Positions 26,766 through 41,985 of a stretch of 64,000 bases of DNA are shown in pieces. The notes under the pieces are model-generated. The model was not told where the DNA came from and searched no databases. It worked only from the letters and a program-made list of their open reading frames with translations. The position numbers were made by a program, and so were the translations under genes. The DNA is taken from assembly GCF_020745735.1 (NCBI RefSeq), contig NC_083425.1:29933575-29997574 (forward strand), in the 5' to 3' direction. Position 1 is the stretch's first letter. Every line of letters starts with the position of its first letter. This stretch comes from Hemiscyllium ocellatum (taxonomy: Eukaryota).

Positions 26766-27150
26766 TAGTTCAAGCTAAACTTGAACAGAAATATTGATCA
26801 ACAGTAATAAAGGGTATCCAATATATCTGTACCAACACTGACTAATAATAGTCTTTAGCGCACTATTGTTAATTTAGGGACAGGTTTATAAAAATATCTT
26901 TCCAACACTAGATAATTTGATCTAAAAAAAAATCAATTATTAAACATTGTATGGTCTTAAATGGCTGTCCATGACATTTTTGTCTGGAATTACAATTATT
27001 ACCAAGGAGGTAAATAAGATAGCTATACGAAACCGAAAACATGAAGTAATTCAGAATTTAAAATCGAGTCTTAGACTGGCAATTATTTTTCATCTACTGC
27101 AGTTTTTGAAATTTATCTTACGATGCACTGCTGTTATCTTCGAGTCTTTG

Positions 27151-27282
27151 TCACCTGGATGAGCTGCGTTCTTTGCTCACACAGTCATCACGAGATTGAG
27201 AACTACCATCTTCCATCATATTGCAAGTTCTTCTTTTCTTTCTTTTGTGTGTCATTCCATCTCCTTCAGCACCAGAGTCACA
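27151..27282 (-). CDS. JMJD6: JMJD6 exon 6, last coding exon (not in the ORF track)
   Basis: Manual translation: [43 protein letters not shown], matching the JMJD6 C-terminus with its NLS; acceptor aactag|TGT. Total CDS is 1212 nt = 403 aa. Confidence 0.95.
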   Translation of the reverse strand, partial: CDSGAEGDGMTHKRKKRRTCNMMEDGSSQSRDDCVSKERSSSR

Positions 27283-27409
27283 CTAGTTTTCAAACAAATA
27301 AAACTAATTTAGGTTAACTGAAAGAAACTGACCATATAAAAGGGAAATAAACAATCTCTTGCATTTATAAAACATGTTAATAGAAAAATGTATTTGTCAG
27401 AAGACATTA

Positions 27410-27935
27410 AGACACAGGAGCAGAAATTAGGCCACTCAGCCCATTGAGTCTGCTCTGCCATTCAATCATGGCTGACAAGTTTCTCAACTCCATTCTCCCA
27501 CTTTTCCTACGTACCCCTTGATACTCAGTCTTAAATACACTCAATGACCCAGCCTCCATAGCATAATTCCTTAGACTCACCATTCTTTGGCTGAAGAAGT
27601 TTCTTGTTATCTCTGTTCTAAAAGGTCTTCCCTTTATTCAAAGGCTGTGCCCTCGAGTCCCAGTCTCTCCTACCAATGGAAATATCTTGCCAACATCTAG
27701 ACTGTCCAGGCCTTTCAGTATGCTGTACGTTTCAATTAGATCTCTCCCTCATCCTTCTAAACTCAAACCAGTATAGACCCAGAGTCCTCAAACATTCCTC
27801 ATATGTTATCATTTTCATTCCTGGGATCATTCTTGTGAATCTCCTCTGAACACACTCCAGGGCTGATACATCCTTCCTGAGAGATAGGGGCCCAAAACTG
27901 CATACAATACTCCAAATATGGTCTGACCAGAAAAA
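27410..27935 (-). mobile_element. CR1 3' fragment
   Basis: ALECVQRRFTRMIPGM motif. Confidence 0.8.
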
Positions 27936-28584
27936 CAAATGTTTATATGAGTTTCCTTCCACAGTGCAAAGATGTGCAGGTTAGGTGGATTGGTTGTGCG
28001 AAATCGTCAGAGATGTGCAGGCTTGGTGGATTAGCCATGGTAAAATGTGGGGTTATGGGGATACGGTAAGGATCTGGGTCTGGGTGGGATGCTCTTCAGA
28101 GGGTCAGCATGGAGACAATGGGCAAATGGCCTGCTTCTACACTGTAGGGATTCTATGATAAAAAGATCAAATAAACTTCAACAAGCCACAAAGACATTTG
28201 GACAGATGACCAAAGGTTGGTCAAATAAAATTTAACAAGCATCCTAAACGTATGGCATATTACAACATTATATTCCAATAGTGTCTGAAGGTAATACTCA
28301 TGAAGTATCCAAGTACATACAACTTGTTTAAGTTCCTTCCAATCCACCAGAGTGCTGACAAGACAAACAAAACATTCGCTATACATTCAGAACAGATTAA
28401 TTCACCTTTTATTTGTGGAAACATTTTGATGGCTCTTCTACAGTAAAAGTTAGATGCAACTGAAATAAAAAGTCATTCTATACAAAATACTTAGGCTTCT
28501 GGAAGAAAACAGCTAACCACATGCATCTTATGTATATTACAATGGTCTATTTTTTGCTAGGAAAATAACAGCAAATTGAACTCA

Positions 28585-29180
28585 ATGAATATTAATGATT
28601 TAGATGAGGAAACGACATATCTCCAAATTTGCAGACAACACAAAGCTGGGTAGGAGGGTGAGGTATGAGGAGGATGCTTCAGTGACATTGGGGTGAGTTG
28701 AGCAAGTACACAAATGCATGGCAGATTAAGTACATGTGGGCAAATGGGAGGTCATTCACTCTGGTAGCAAAAACTGGAAGCCAGTTCATGACATACATGA
28801 CAACAGATTGGCAAAGGGGAGCTACAATGGGACCTGGTGCCTTTGTACACTAGTGGCTCAAAAGCATATAGATGCAGCAGGCAGTGAAGGTAGTATACGA
28901 TAAGTTGGCCTCATAGTAAAATGTATTCCAACACAGGAGCACAGATATCTTACTGCAATTGCACAAGGCCTTCATGAAACAACATCTGGAGAGCTGTGTG
29001 CAGTTCTGGTCTCCCTGGCTGAGGATGGGTTTTGTGCCTATGGAGGGAGTGCAAAGATTTACCAGACTGATTCCTGGCATGGCAGGACAGACTGTTGAAG
29101 ATAGACTGGATTGGTTAGGACTATGTTCACTGCAGTTTATAAGCGAGGGATGATCGAACAGAAAAATCAAAATTATAACA
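28585..29180 (+). mobile_element. CR1 fragment
   Basis: HLESCVQFWSPW and QRFTRLIPGM motifs. Confidence 0.75.
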
Positions 29181-31179
29181 AGATTGGGTACACCTTCCTG
29201 TTTTTATCCTAAGGTCAGCACAAGAGAACTCCCAGCCACGCAAAGTGGCACATCCCCAACTACTTCTCAGCTGTCATTCAACAACACCCACCACCCCAAA
29301 CCGCCAACGAGGAGTTTCCATCAGCCATAGAAGCCAAACTGACATGGAGTGACTCCTCAGAGTCCACAGAATGCTGGGCACTTAGGAGCGCTTTGACTGC
29401 CAGATACACAGTTGCTTCAAAGTGATGACCCACCACTGAGACTCTGCATCCCATGAGGGAACCTGTGAGACAATGAGGGCAAGGTTGTTTCTTCGTTCAT
29501 AGGATGTGTGCATTGCTGGTCAGGCCAGCATTTCTTGCCTGCCCCTAACTGCCCGGACACCAGTTAAGCACATAACTGTCAGGCTGGAGTCAGGCAGTGC
29601 AAACACTTTGATGTTCTCAAAGCATCCCTGAAGTAATGAGCATAATCAACAAATCACAAGCTCTGATCTGTGACTGACTTACTAAACTGGAAGGTTCATT
29701 TGGGAAGGTGCCAAACACAGAATCGGTCCGGAACAAGACCCAGTGTTGAGTTCGGAAAGAGCACACAACACACCTACTCAACCCTATAACATAGGTATTC
29801 CATACATAGTAGCATCAACAATCTACAAAGCCAAACAGGAGTTGGAACATGTCATCATTAATTCCTAGGGACTGCTGGAAGACGATATCTTCAGATTCTC
29901 TTGCCACTCCAATACCCATTATAAAAGACTTTACCAATTTCCCATCTTCAATGAGCTGCAATTCCTTCCAGTTAAGGAAGGAATTGCAGTTAACAATCTG
30001 CACGAGCCACAAATTTGTACCCTGTACAACTCTCCTCCCTTCCACTGGACTCATGTGAAATCAGATTATAAACAATCTCTACATCCTGTCATAGCTCAAC
30101 TGACTCCACAATGTCCAATGCAAAGATTTCCTGGCTCTGCCCCATCTATCTCAGTATATTTGCTGCAAAAACCTGAATCTGTAGTTTTATTGATCTCGAT
30201 AATTACTTCTACTTGCCAGCCTCCTAAGCCAGTTTCCCATATTCCACTCCAAATTTCTGCTGCTGACATTACTATTTGCATGAAGTTCCTATCATTCTTA
30301 TGGCAGCTGAATTACACATTACTCTCAGCCCAACGCTTCCAACTTATTATCCTTGACTTTAATGATCAAGGCCACATCTCCAACAGCTTCAAAAATCTCC
30401 ATCCTCTCAGATTTTAAACACTGCCACCTTACATGTCATTGGCAGTCAAATTTTCAGCCTTCAAAAGGGTCCAAGTTCAGGAGTGCTTTCCATTAAATCC
30501 TCAAACCTCACTTCTTCAAACGTACCAATCTTAAATTCTCCTTCTTTGTATCAGCATCCACTTTTTGTACGATTACGCCTGTGACACTTGGAATATCATT
30601 TTTGTTAAGAGAAAAAAGTTGAAAAAGAATTAAGAGTCAAACTGAACTGCTGAACTATGACTGATCATTGAACATCCTGCTAAAAAACAAGAGGCAAAAT
30701 GAAGTAGTAGGCTGCTTAAGTAGTAACAGAACATAACGAACAATAAGTTACACAAGTGAGGAGAATTAGTTTGTCCTACATGTTTCATCATCTAAAAGGA
30801 AGTGTGTAACTTACACAACACTGAACAGCAGTGATTAATGCACAAATTTAGAGACTTGTTTAACAAATAAACTGAGGGATCAATCATGGTGAAAAATTAA
30901 TACTTTATTACAATTTGTCTTAATAAGCTTTTCAGCATTAGCAAAATCATGAAATCTGAAAGTTGTTATACAAGTTAGTGTCAGATGTTTGACTCGTTAC
31001 AGAAAAGAATTTGCATTAAATAACTACCACATCGGAACAAGTTCTATCCAGGGTTAGGTTTCTTGATAGAAACACAGCCCCCCCTCAGGCATACCACTTA
31101 CTATATAGATTGACCTCCTGAACTGTATGAATAAATTGTGTTCCTTAGTGTTGTGAACCATAGGAAAGAATGTTAATTT

Positions 31180-34100
31180 AATCTTTTACGAAAAAGTTAT
31201 TGTCACCAAACTGACTATATTTACAAGAAAGGTTCCACAGATGAGAAACCTCAATTAGAAGGACACATTTAAGGAGTTGGCACTGGTCTCCTTGGAGGAG
31301 ATCAGATAGAGGCTTTCAAAGTCATGAGCTGAATAGAGTACATACAGAGGAACTGTTTCAACTCGTACAAGGAACAAGACAGCATAGACTTCAAGTGAGT
31401 TACAAATGAAGCTAGTGATGGGAGGGGGAAAAAAAACTCTGACCCAACCAGCAGTGTGGTGAAAGTAGGTGTAATTGAAACATTTAAGAGCACATGAGAC
31501 TTGTGGATAATAATGCACAAGAAAACAGGGGAAAAAAATCAAGACATTGGCAGTAGATAACACTACTCATTTGAAGACCTGGTGCAGGCATGATTGACCT
31601 CCTGCAGCACAAAACTTCAATAGTTCTGAGGTAATACCAAGGATCCAAAACTTCTGAATTTTGCAAAGTGTGTGTAACTGGGAAATAGCTCCAAAGTTCT
31701 AAGGTTCTAGCAAAGAATAATTTGAATTGGAAGAAACATTCATAAGCCCATAAGGTAGAAGCAGAAATCGACCAGTCAAACTATTCTGCTCTACCATTCA
31801 AACGGGATCATAGTTGATCAGACAATCCTCAACTCCACTTTCGTGCCTTCTCCATAAGAAGCCTTAATTAAAAGGCTCTCAGGCTCAAATATAACCAGTA
31901 TTAACAGCCCTGTCCAGTGAAGAATTCTACAGATTCACTAGCCTAAAAAAAAACAACAAATTCGTCACACCTCTCTCACTTTAACTATGGTGGTTTAGCT
32001 GTTGGCTGGTTCGCAATACACAGAAGGATATCAACAACATGAGTTTAATTCAGACACTGGCTGAGGTTACCACAAAGGACTCGCTGCCTCAGCCCCTCCA
32101 ATTGTCACAGAAATGGTGACGGTCATGTTAAACCATCACTAGAGAGCTGCTCTATGGTCCAGCAAGACCATGGCAACTCTACCTTTACTGCTTATTTTAC
32201 AAATAAGCCCTCTGATCCTAGACTCTCCCACAAGAGGGAAAAAAAAACTCCTTGTACCTACCTTGTCAAACCCCCAGAGAAAACTTTAAGTTGCAATAAG
32301 ATCATCACCCATTCTTCTAAACTGCAATGAATATCAGCCTCAGCCTCTCCTTTGTCAGTCCCTCTATATGAAAACAATCTAGTGAACATCTCTGGACTGC
32401 ATTCATCTATCTATATCTCAGATAAAAGGGGCCAAAAACTTCAAAATATTATAGGTGTTATCTGGCTAGTGTCTTGCATTGTTTTAGGAAGACCACGATC
32501 CCGCTTGGAACAAAAATGAGTAAAAAGGCCTACTTGCTTTCCTTATAACCAGCCAAACCTGAATATCAGCTTTTTCTAAATCATGTACAATGATCTTCGA
32601 CTTCATGCAATCTTGCCCAATTTAAACTATATTCAGCTCTTCTGGTCATAGAGTCAATCATACAGCACAGAAACAGATCCTTTGGTCCAACCAGTCTATG
32701 CCAACCATGATCCCAAACTAAACTAGTCTCATCTACCTGCTCCTGGTTCATATTGCTCCCAAACCTTTCCTATTCATCAATCCATCCAAATAGCTTTTAA
32801 ATGTTGTTATTGTGCCCACATCCACCATTTCCCTCCACCACATGGGAACCACCTTATGTAAAAAAAAAATGCCTGCCCAGTCATGTCTTATTGGAAAAGC
32901 GCAGGAGGTCAGGCAGCATCAAAGGAAAAGAATCGACGTTTCGGGCAAAAGCCCTGAAGAAGGGCTTATACCCGAAATGTCGATTCTCCTGTTCCTTTGA
33001 TGCTGTCTGACTTGCTGCGCTTTTCCAGCAACACATTAAGCTCTGATCTTCAGCATCTGCAGTCCTCACTTTCTCCCAGTCATGTCTTATGCAAATCTCT
33101 CTCCTCTCACAAAAAAAAATGCCCTTTAGTCTTGAAATCCCCCACCCTAGGAAAAAAAAGAACATTAACTATCTTTTCTTATTATTTTATAAACATATCA
33201 GGTTGCCTCTCAACCTCCTACACTACAGTGGAAAAAGGTCACAACTTACCCAGACTGTTCCAACTTAAACCTTCCATGCCTGGCAACATCCTGGTAAATC
33301 TTTTCTAAACCTTCACCAGCTTAATCTTTCCTATAACTGGGAGACCATAACTGGACACAGTATTCCAGCAGAAGCCTCATCAATGCCCTATACATTTGAA
33401 CGTGACTTTCAAACTCCTATACTCAAAGCAAAACTGAAAGAACTGCAGATGCTGTAAATCAGCAACAAAAACAACAGTTGCTGAAAAAGCTCAGCAGATC
33501 TGGAAGCATTTGTGAAGAGAAATCAAATTGTGGGTCTGGTGGCCCTTCTTTAGACCATTCCTATACTCAAAGGACTGAGCAATTAAGGCAAGCGTGCCAA
33601 GTGCCTTTTTAACCATCCTGTCTTGGTGTGATGCAAACTTTGAAGAATTATGGACCTGAACCCCGAGGCTCTGTTCTACAACACCATGTAACACCCTACC
33701 ATTTTTTGTTGCAGGTAGGGCTGATACAATTAAATGACACTCTCTAATCAATTTGTGCCTGTCTAAACGTCCATGAATTCTTTTGTTCATAAGGATCTCC
33801 ACCAATTTACCCATAACTGAAGTCAGACTCACAGGTCCACAGTTCCCCTTACAACCTTTCTATTAGAAAGGTACAACATTGGCCACTCTCCAGTCATCAG
33901 GCATCTCACCTGAAGTTAAAGATGATCCAAATATTTCTGCATGGGTCTTGCAATTTCCTCTAACTTCCCATAACTCTTCCTGCCAAAGTACATAACTTCA
34001 AAATTTTCCCACATGCCTTTCCATCTGCCAAGTTTTTACCCAATCATCCTGTCCAGATCGCTCTGCAGACTGTCATTTTCGCAACTTGTGTTCCCACCCA

Positions 34101-34250
34101 CAAACCTGAAAAACGTATATTCACTTTCGTTATGCAAATCATTTATATATTGGTCACATTTGTGGCCACAAGTCCAATCCCTGTGGCACTCTACTAGTTA
34201 GAAAATGCTTCTTTTATCACAACTCTATTTGATTACTTAGCCAATCTTCT
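31180..34250. mobile_element. Patchwork of old CR1 fragments with SINE and PLE inserts
   Basis: CR1 3'-tail similarity at about 31250-31630 (+), 31760-32640 (-) and 32645-33400 (-); SLTSVMGKL motif at about 33830. Confidence 0.65.
32892..33074 (+). mobile_element. Fold-back PLE pLTR derivative nested in a CR1 fragment
   Basis: 16-bp duplication CCCAGTCATGTCTTAT at 32876 and 33075; CTGAAGA...GAAA core at 32954-32977. Confidence 0.8.
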
Positions 34251-36299
34251 AGTGAGGCATTAAGCTTTTCTAAAATGCTAAGAGACATTAGATGGCCAAA
34301 AGTCATCATTTTGTTCGGGTTAAAAGGTTTCTATGAACAAATTAAATTAATAATTCATCTTGCAAATTACAAGTTAGTAGAAAGGTCGTCAAAGATGGTT
34401 AGATGCTTTACTTACATGTCTGTTGCATACAAACCTCAAACAATAAGAATTAAGATAATGCTACATTCTGTTCTAAAAAAATCCTAAAAAATGATATCAC
34501 TAAGTTGCTGAACTGCAGCTATTAGAAGGTACAAGTCTTCCACAAAATAAATTCTTACGCCCTACTAGCTATTATCTTAGGTAAAGCTTTGTTTGGTCAG
34601 AAGAGGCCACAGCTGTTTCTTTCAGATGTGAAATTCACAATAAGGCAAACAAGCATTTCATGCTGATACATCAGTTTATCGTGGATGTAATTTGCATTTC
34701 CAGCAGCCTTTTTCAAACCACATCATTCCCAGTCGCACATTTTCACTTTGTTTATATTTTCCTGTGATTAATTTCATTCCTTCCAGAAATTAGCATGTGT
34801 CTTGGTTCATTGTTGTACTCTTTGCTCTCATAATTCAGACCAAATTTTACAGCAAAGTAACAGAAACAATGGAATAATGTAAATTAGAATAACACGTGAA
34901 ACATCCAATAAAAACACTGGATAAACTAAAAATATAAGGAGACAGGAATAGTTTACATTTCAGTGCACCGACTCCAAAGGAACTGGGAAAATAGCCATTT
35001 TTTGGACAAAAAGGTGAGAAATTCTGCTTCTGTCTCTCCACAGATGCTGCGTGATCAGAGTACCTCCAAGTGTTCTAATTTCATGCATCTGAAGGTTTAT
35101 TTATCTGCACTGGGTCATGTTATTTCATGCGTCCTCCTGATTTGCAATGCCTTAACTCCAATCAACTTAATCATTAGCTTGCCTTGCATAATGCTATCAT
35201 TCACATCCTGTGTCCTATTCCAAATAGCGTACCTTTACTGCTAGTCTTAATATTTTCTTGATCTAGATAACTGAATATATTAAAAGGTGAGATATACAGA
35301 TTTTTATCACTCAGGTAATCAACAAGTATAGAGACTAGGTGGGAAAGCATAATTAAAGCAAAAGATCTCCCAAGACTGTATTGTTCAGCAGGGAAGCCTC
35401 AATCCACTCTGACAACTCCAGCTCCTCTGCATCTTAACGCAATTTGAAGAGGACTTGGACACATTTTCCACTTTAGCTTGCTTAAAAACTATTGTAATTA
35501 GTTTATCTTTATCCCATTCAGTATTTTAAAATTCAGTTAAAATTGTTAAATTTCCTCAGCAGTCTAGAATCATTCTCTATCCTCAAGGAGCTCCAAAATA
35601 TTTACTTCCCTCTTCCATTCAATAGATTCAAGATGAAAATGTTTCTCCCATTCTTGTTTTACTCAGACTATTATAGTCTTGGAAGGCTCTTTTTTACTTG
35701 CCACACCATTGGAAGTACTGTATTTGCCATATTTATCTCCCAATACCAAGTCTCTCAAATGTTTCAGGGGCTTCTGAGATTTCTGGTAAAACATGGCTTT
35801 ATACTTCTTTCAGATTTTGCAATTGTTTCACATGTAAAGATGTTTTAACACAATGATATCAGAGTAACCATGTCAGCTAGAATGATACCAGTTTTTAGTA
35901 GCCCCAACAGTACTTTTTATCATGCATTTTCTTTCAGCTGTTAGCAGAATTAGCAATTTGAAGGCTTTCAACTTGAAGTTATCTGCAAGCCATCATTTCT
36001 TAGCCATCCAGGTTTATGTTACTGTTGTTCTACGAAGTAGGCATTCACTTGCTACAGTTTTACTGACAGATTATTGTTCTATTGACTTCAAACTCCCCAA
36101 TATGATGGTTACCATTATTCTCTTACTACCTCTGTCATCTTAACTTAATAGGTTATATCCTGGTTAACCATGCATTTGTTTTATTAACCAATATCCTTCT
36201 TTTCTCCACTCAGATACAAGGCTTTTGCAGAAGTTATCATACCTCTAGATTGAGGTAGTTTATTTACACCGTGTGGAATCACTTTTCAATCAAATTTAA

Positions 36300-39200
36300 G
36301 AGTCATAGCATCAGAGATATACAGCACTGAAACAGACCCTTTGGTCCAACTCGCCATGCCAACTAGACATCCTAAATTAATCTAGTCCCATTTGCCAGCA
36401 TTTGGTCCACATCCCTTTAAAATGTTTCCTATTCATATGTACATCCAGATGCCTTTTAAATGTTTCAATTGTACCAGCCTCCACCACATCCCATGGCAGC
36501 TCATTCCATACATGCACCACCCACTGAGTGAAAAGGTTGCCCTTCAGGTCCTTTTTAAATCTTTCCCCTCTCACCATAACACTATGCCCGCTAGTTTTGG
36601 ACTCCCCTACCATGGGGAAAAACTTGACTATCCACTCTTTCCATGCCCCTCATGATTTTGTAAATCCAGATGGTCACCCCTCAGCTTCTGACACTCCAGG
36701 GAAAAACAACCCAGCATATTTAGCCTTTCCATAAGACTTAGGAGTAGAAACTAGACCATTCAGCCCACCATTCAATCATGGCTGATATGTTTCTCAACCC
36801 GACTGTACCACTTTCTCCCCACAATTCTTGATAATCAAGGACATATCTCAAATCTTAAATACACTTAATGACCCGACCTCCACAGCTTTCTATGGCAATG
36901 AATTCCATCGATACACCATTTTCTGGCAGAAGTAGTTTCTCCTCATCTCCCTTCGAAAGTGTCTTCTTTTTACTCCAACGCTATGCCCTCAGATCCAAGT
37001 CTCTCCTACCAATGGAAACATCTTCCCAACATCTACTGTCCAGGCCATTCAACCTAACCTCAACCTGCAAGTTTACCTTCAGACAACCCTGAACTAGAAT
37101 TCCCACGTCTCTGTACTTCAGACTTCTGAATTTTCTCCCCATTGAGAGAATAGTCCATGCCTCTATTCTTCCTACCAAAGTGCATGACCTCATACTTTGC
37201 AACATTGGACTCCATCGGTCACTTCTTTTCCCACTCTAACCTGGCCAAATCCTTCTGGTGCCTCTCTGCCTCACAACCTATCTTTGTATTGTCTGCAAAT
37301 TTAGCCAGAATGCCCTTAGTTCCTTCCTGTAGCTCATTTAGTGTATAAAGAGAAGTTGTGGCCCCAACCTTGAGCCTTGCAGAGCACCACGTCACCAGCT
37401 GCCATCCTGAGAAGGACCCTTTTATCCCTACTCTCTGCTTTCTGTCAGACAGCCAAGCTTCTATGTTAGCACCTTGCCTCCAACACCATGGGCCCTTATC
37501 TGACTCAATCATCTTTGTGCAGCACCCTGTCAAAGTTCATGTAGATAACATTCATTGGTTCTACTTGGTCTAACCTGCTCATGACTTCAAAATAATTCTA
37601 GCAGATTTTTCAGGCATGACCGCCCCTTGATTTTGCCCGATTTTATCACATACTTCCAAGTATTGAGAAATTTATCCTCAATAATGAATTCCAGAATCTT
37701 ACCCATGACCGAGGTTAGATGAGTTGATCCATAATTCTCCTTTTGCCTTTCTTTTTTAAACAGCAATTTTCCAGTCCTCTGACCCTCCCCGAATCTCGAG
37801 AATCCTCAAAAAGGTGACCACTAACGCCTCCACTATCTCTGTTAGATCTCTGGGGTGTAGTCCATCTGGTTCAGGCGATTTATCCATTTTCAGGTGATTC
37901 AATTTTTCTAGCACCTTGTGGCCATTACCAAGGTCATTACTCACCTCTGCCCTTTCATTCTTGAATTTCTGGGATATTACTCATGCCTTCCACTGTGAAG
38001 ACGGACATGAAGTAACTGTTCCGTCCTTAAGCCATTTCCTTGTTCCATAATATTATCTCTCCAGTGTCATTTTCCAATGGCCCTATGCCCACTTTTGCCT
38101 CTCACAAATAAACTCTTACAGTCTTCCTTCATATTACTGGCTAACTTACCCTCATATTTAATCTTCTTTCTCCTTACTTCTTGTTTTGATGCCCTCTGTT
38201 GGACACTAATCTTCCCTATCCTCTGGTTTCCCACAGCCCTCTGCCATATGATATGCTTTCTCTTTTGACCTTATGTTATCCCCAACTTCGAGTCAGCCAC
38301 AGTTGCTTCATCCTTCCTATATTGTGATTCTGCCTCCTCAGGATGATTCTCTGCTGTCTGCTGAATTTCTCCCAGAAACTCCTGCCACTGCTGTTCAACC
38401 ATCTTTCCTGCCAGGTTCCTCTCCCAGTTCATTCTACCCAGTTCCTCCCTCATACCTCTGTAGTTGCCTCTATTCAGCTTCAATATCACCTCTGACTCTA
38501 TCTTCTCCCTCTCAAATTGCAGAATAAATTCAATCATATTACGATCACTACCCAAGGGCTGCTTCACCTGAAGCTCCCTCATCTCACAACATTATATCCA
38601 GTATTGCCTGTCCCCTAATGGGCTCCACTGCAAGCTGTTCCAAAAAGCCATCTTGCAGACATTCCACAAATTCATTTCCTTACAATCCACTACCAATCTA
38701 ATTTTCCCAGTTCACCTGCATATTGAAATTCCCCATGACCACTATAACATTGCATTTCCTATGCACCTTTTCTATCTCCTGGTGTATAGAGTCAAAGACA
38801 TGTACAGCATGGAAACAGACCCTTCAGTCCAACCCGTCCATGTCGGCCAGATATCTCAACCCAATCTAGTCCCACCTGCCAGCACCTGGCCCATATCCCT
38901 CCAAACCCTTCCTATTCATATACCCATTCAAATGCCTTTTAAATGTTGCAATTGTACCAGCCTCTACCACATCCTCTGGCAGCTCATTCTATACATGTAC
39001 CACCCTCAGCGTGAAAAAGTTGCCTTGTGCCCCAGCTCCTAGATACTATTTGGAGGCCTGTACATAATCCCAACTATGGCTTATTTCACCTCTGTGGTTC
39101 CTCAATTCTACCCACACAGATTCTACAGCATCTGACCCTACTTACTATTGAATTTCCCCCCCCACCACCACCATGGGTGAAATCCTCCAACCCTGCCAAC

Positions 39201-39390
39201 ATCTTTATAAATCTTTTCTGAACCCTTTCAAGTTTCACAACATCTTTCCTACAGCAGGGAGACCAGAGTTGAACCCAGTCTTCCCAAAGTTGCCTTATTA
39301 CACCTGTACAGGACATTGATATGACAAGCCAACTCCTATACCCCATGCACTGACTCCAATACAAAAGGCAAGCATACTTCTTGAAAAACT
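36300..39390 (-). mobile_element. Cluster of nested CR1 fragments (at least two subfamilies)
   Basis: WLSDRKQRVGIKGSFSGW, KFADNTKI, MDKSPEPDGLHPR and LGSDRNMIEF motifs; 3' tails at about 36300 and 38790. Confidence 0.85.
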
Positions 39391-40117
39391 TTCTACCAAG
39401 GCCAAGCACAGCTAATGTGATTCAAATTACAGTAGAAAACACTCAATTTTTAAAGGCAGAGTGAATCAGTATTGCTCCACAGTAGAATGATTATTTTGAT
39501 GACGACTTTTTTTTTACTACTTTTTAATGTAGGCAAATACAATTCTCAATCATGGGATTAAAGTAACGCTGTATCATTACCTCTTCAATTGATTCATACA
39601 GAATATAGTACAACATGCATCAGGTTATAGTTCTTCCAAGTTATCAAAACCTAACTTCTTTAACCACTAAGTGTTTATTTTGGTTTTTCCATGTCTAACT
39701 GTATCGATAATTGAAAACAGATTTGTTTTGATGGCATGGTGACTCTGTGGGAATGGTGGCACAATGGTACCTCTCAGCACAAGGAACCCAGGTTCAATTC
39801 CAGCCTTGGATGACTTTGTCCCTATTTCTGTGTGGGTTTCTGCCAAGTTTCTTCCCACAATCCAAAGATGTGCAGATTCAGTGGTCTGACCGTGCTTAAT
39901 TACATCCAAGGATGTGGAAGCTGGGTGGATTAGCTATGGTAAATGCAGGGTTGCAGGAATAGAGTTGAGTTTGGGTGGGATGTTCTTCAGAGTGTATGAA
40001 CTGATTTGATGAGCCAAATCACTTTGTACATGGAGATTTACTAAATATATTACAGCCTACAACAAATTATTGCAATCTCAACTGATAACTCCAATCCAAA
40101 AAAGAGACGTTAACTTA

Positions 40118-40318
<201 letters not shown>

Positions 40319-40699
40319 TTAGTCCCACTGAAGCAAACTAAACAAGAAATTCAGGGTCAGTGACAAAGGGATCACATTCAGCATTGATCAAGGAAGAATT
40401 TGGCAACATAGGTCAAGCTATCCTCGTAGAACAGACTGAGCCTACCCCATGACAGTTTAATTCTACTGCCAGCTACTGGGAAGGCCCCCACCAGTGGTGA
40501 TGATTTCATCTTATTGGTTCCTTTTTTCCAGTCAAGAGATTTTTATGGGCAGCAAACTGGTTTTAAACATTTAAAACAAACAGAAAAAGCTGGAGAAACT
40601 CAGCAAGTCCAGCAGCATCGGAGGAAAAAAGAAAGTTAATCTCTTGAGATCAACAATTCTTCTTTGGAATTGAAGGGAGTTGCGAAGTATCCTGTTGAC

Positions 40700-41015
40700 A
40701 GGGCAGCACAGTGACTCAGTGGTTCGCTCTGCTGCCTCTCAGCACCGGGGATACAGGTTTAGATTCCAGCCTTAGGCAACTGTCTGTGTTGAGTTTGCAC
40801 ATTATCCTTGCGCCTGAGTGGATTCCCTCCCACAGTCCAAAGGCGTGCATGTTAGGCGAATTGGTTGTGGTAAATTGCCCATAGTGTTCAGGGATGCATT
40901 AGTTAACATATAGTAATAGGATAGGGGAAATGGATTGGAGTGGGATACCCTTTGGAATATCAGTGTGGACCTGTTGGGCCAAACGGCCTGTTTCCACACT
41001 GTAGAAATTCTATGA
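40700..41015 (+). mobile_element. V-SINE (HE1-like), diverged
   Basis: Collinear with the 51789 copy; other copies at about 39753-40040 (+) and 27950-28158 (+, partial). Confidence 0.8.
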
Positions 41016-41787
41016 AGATTCAAAGGCAGAGAGGAGGAGTGAGGGAAACAGAACAGATTCAGAGAGTGCCCAGAGCCCTAAGACACAGTCTCACTGTGCC
41101 AAAAGTATAAAAACAATTTTCTAGGTCCCTTCAGTTTCCAAAGGATCACCTTTGGACTTGAAACAAACTCCATTCTTTGCTTCATAGTTGATACCAGACC
41201 TGGACAGTTAAGAGCATCTGCAATATTTTGCTTTTTATATAGTCATAGACATGTACAGCATGGAAACAAACCCTTTGGTCCAACCCGTCCAAGTCGACCA
41301 GATATCCCAACCCAATCTAGTCCCACCTGCCAGCACCAGGCCCATATCCCTCCAAACCCTTCCTATTCATATACCCATCCAAATGTCTCCCAAATGTTGC
41401 AATTGTACCAGCCTCCACCACTTCCTCTGGCAGTTCATTCAAAATAGGATGATATCAATGTAAACATTAGGCCAGGTCCAACTTTGAAGCTGAGTTTCAG
41501 ACTTAAAAATTGCTTTTTGAAACTGTGTGAATTTTCATCACGAAATTGACTAGTTTTTGAGAGTGTTTCTCTGGCAGAAATAGAGTAACTCAACATTAAT
41601 GAAATTTATCTGGTCTGTATGTCTTAAGTACTTATTACTTTAACAGGATTTAAGGCAATTTATATATCATACAAAACAAGGAAATACTATTTTCTCATCT
41701 ACATTTCTCTTGCATGTGCTAGCATTGATCCACCATAAGCAATACCAATACCTCATTGCACTTCAGAAATCAACTCTCGAGCGATTA

Positions 41788-41985
<198 letters not shown>

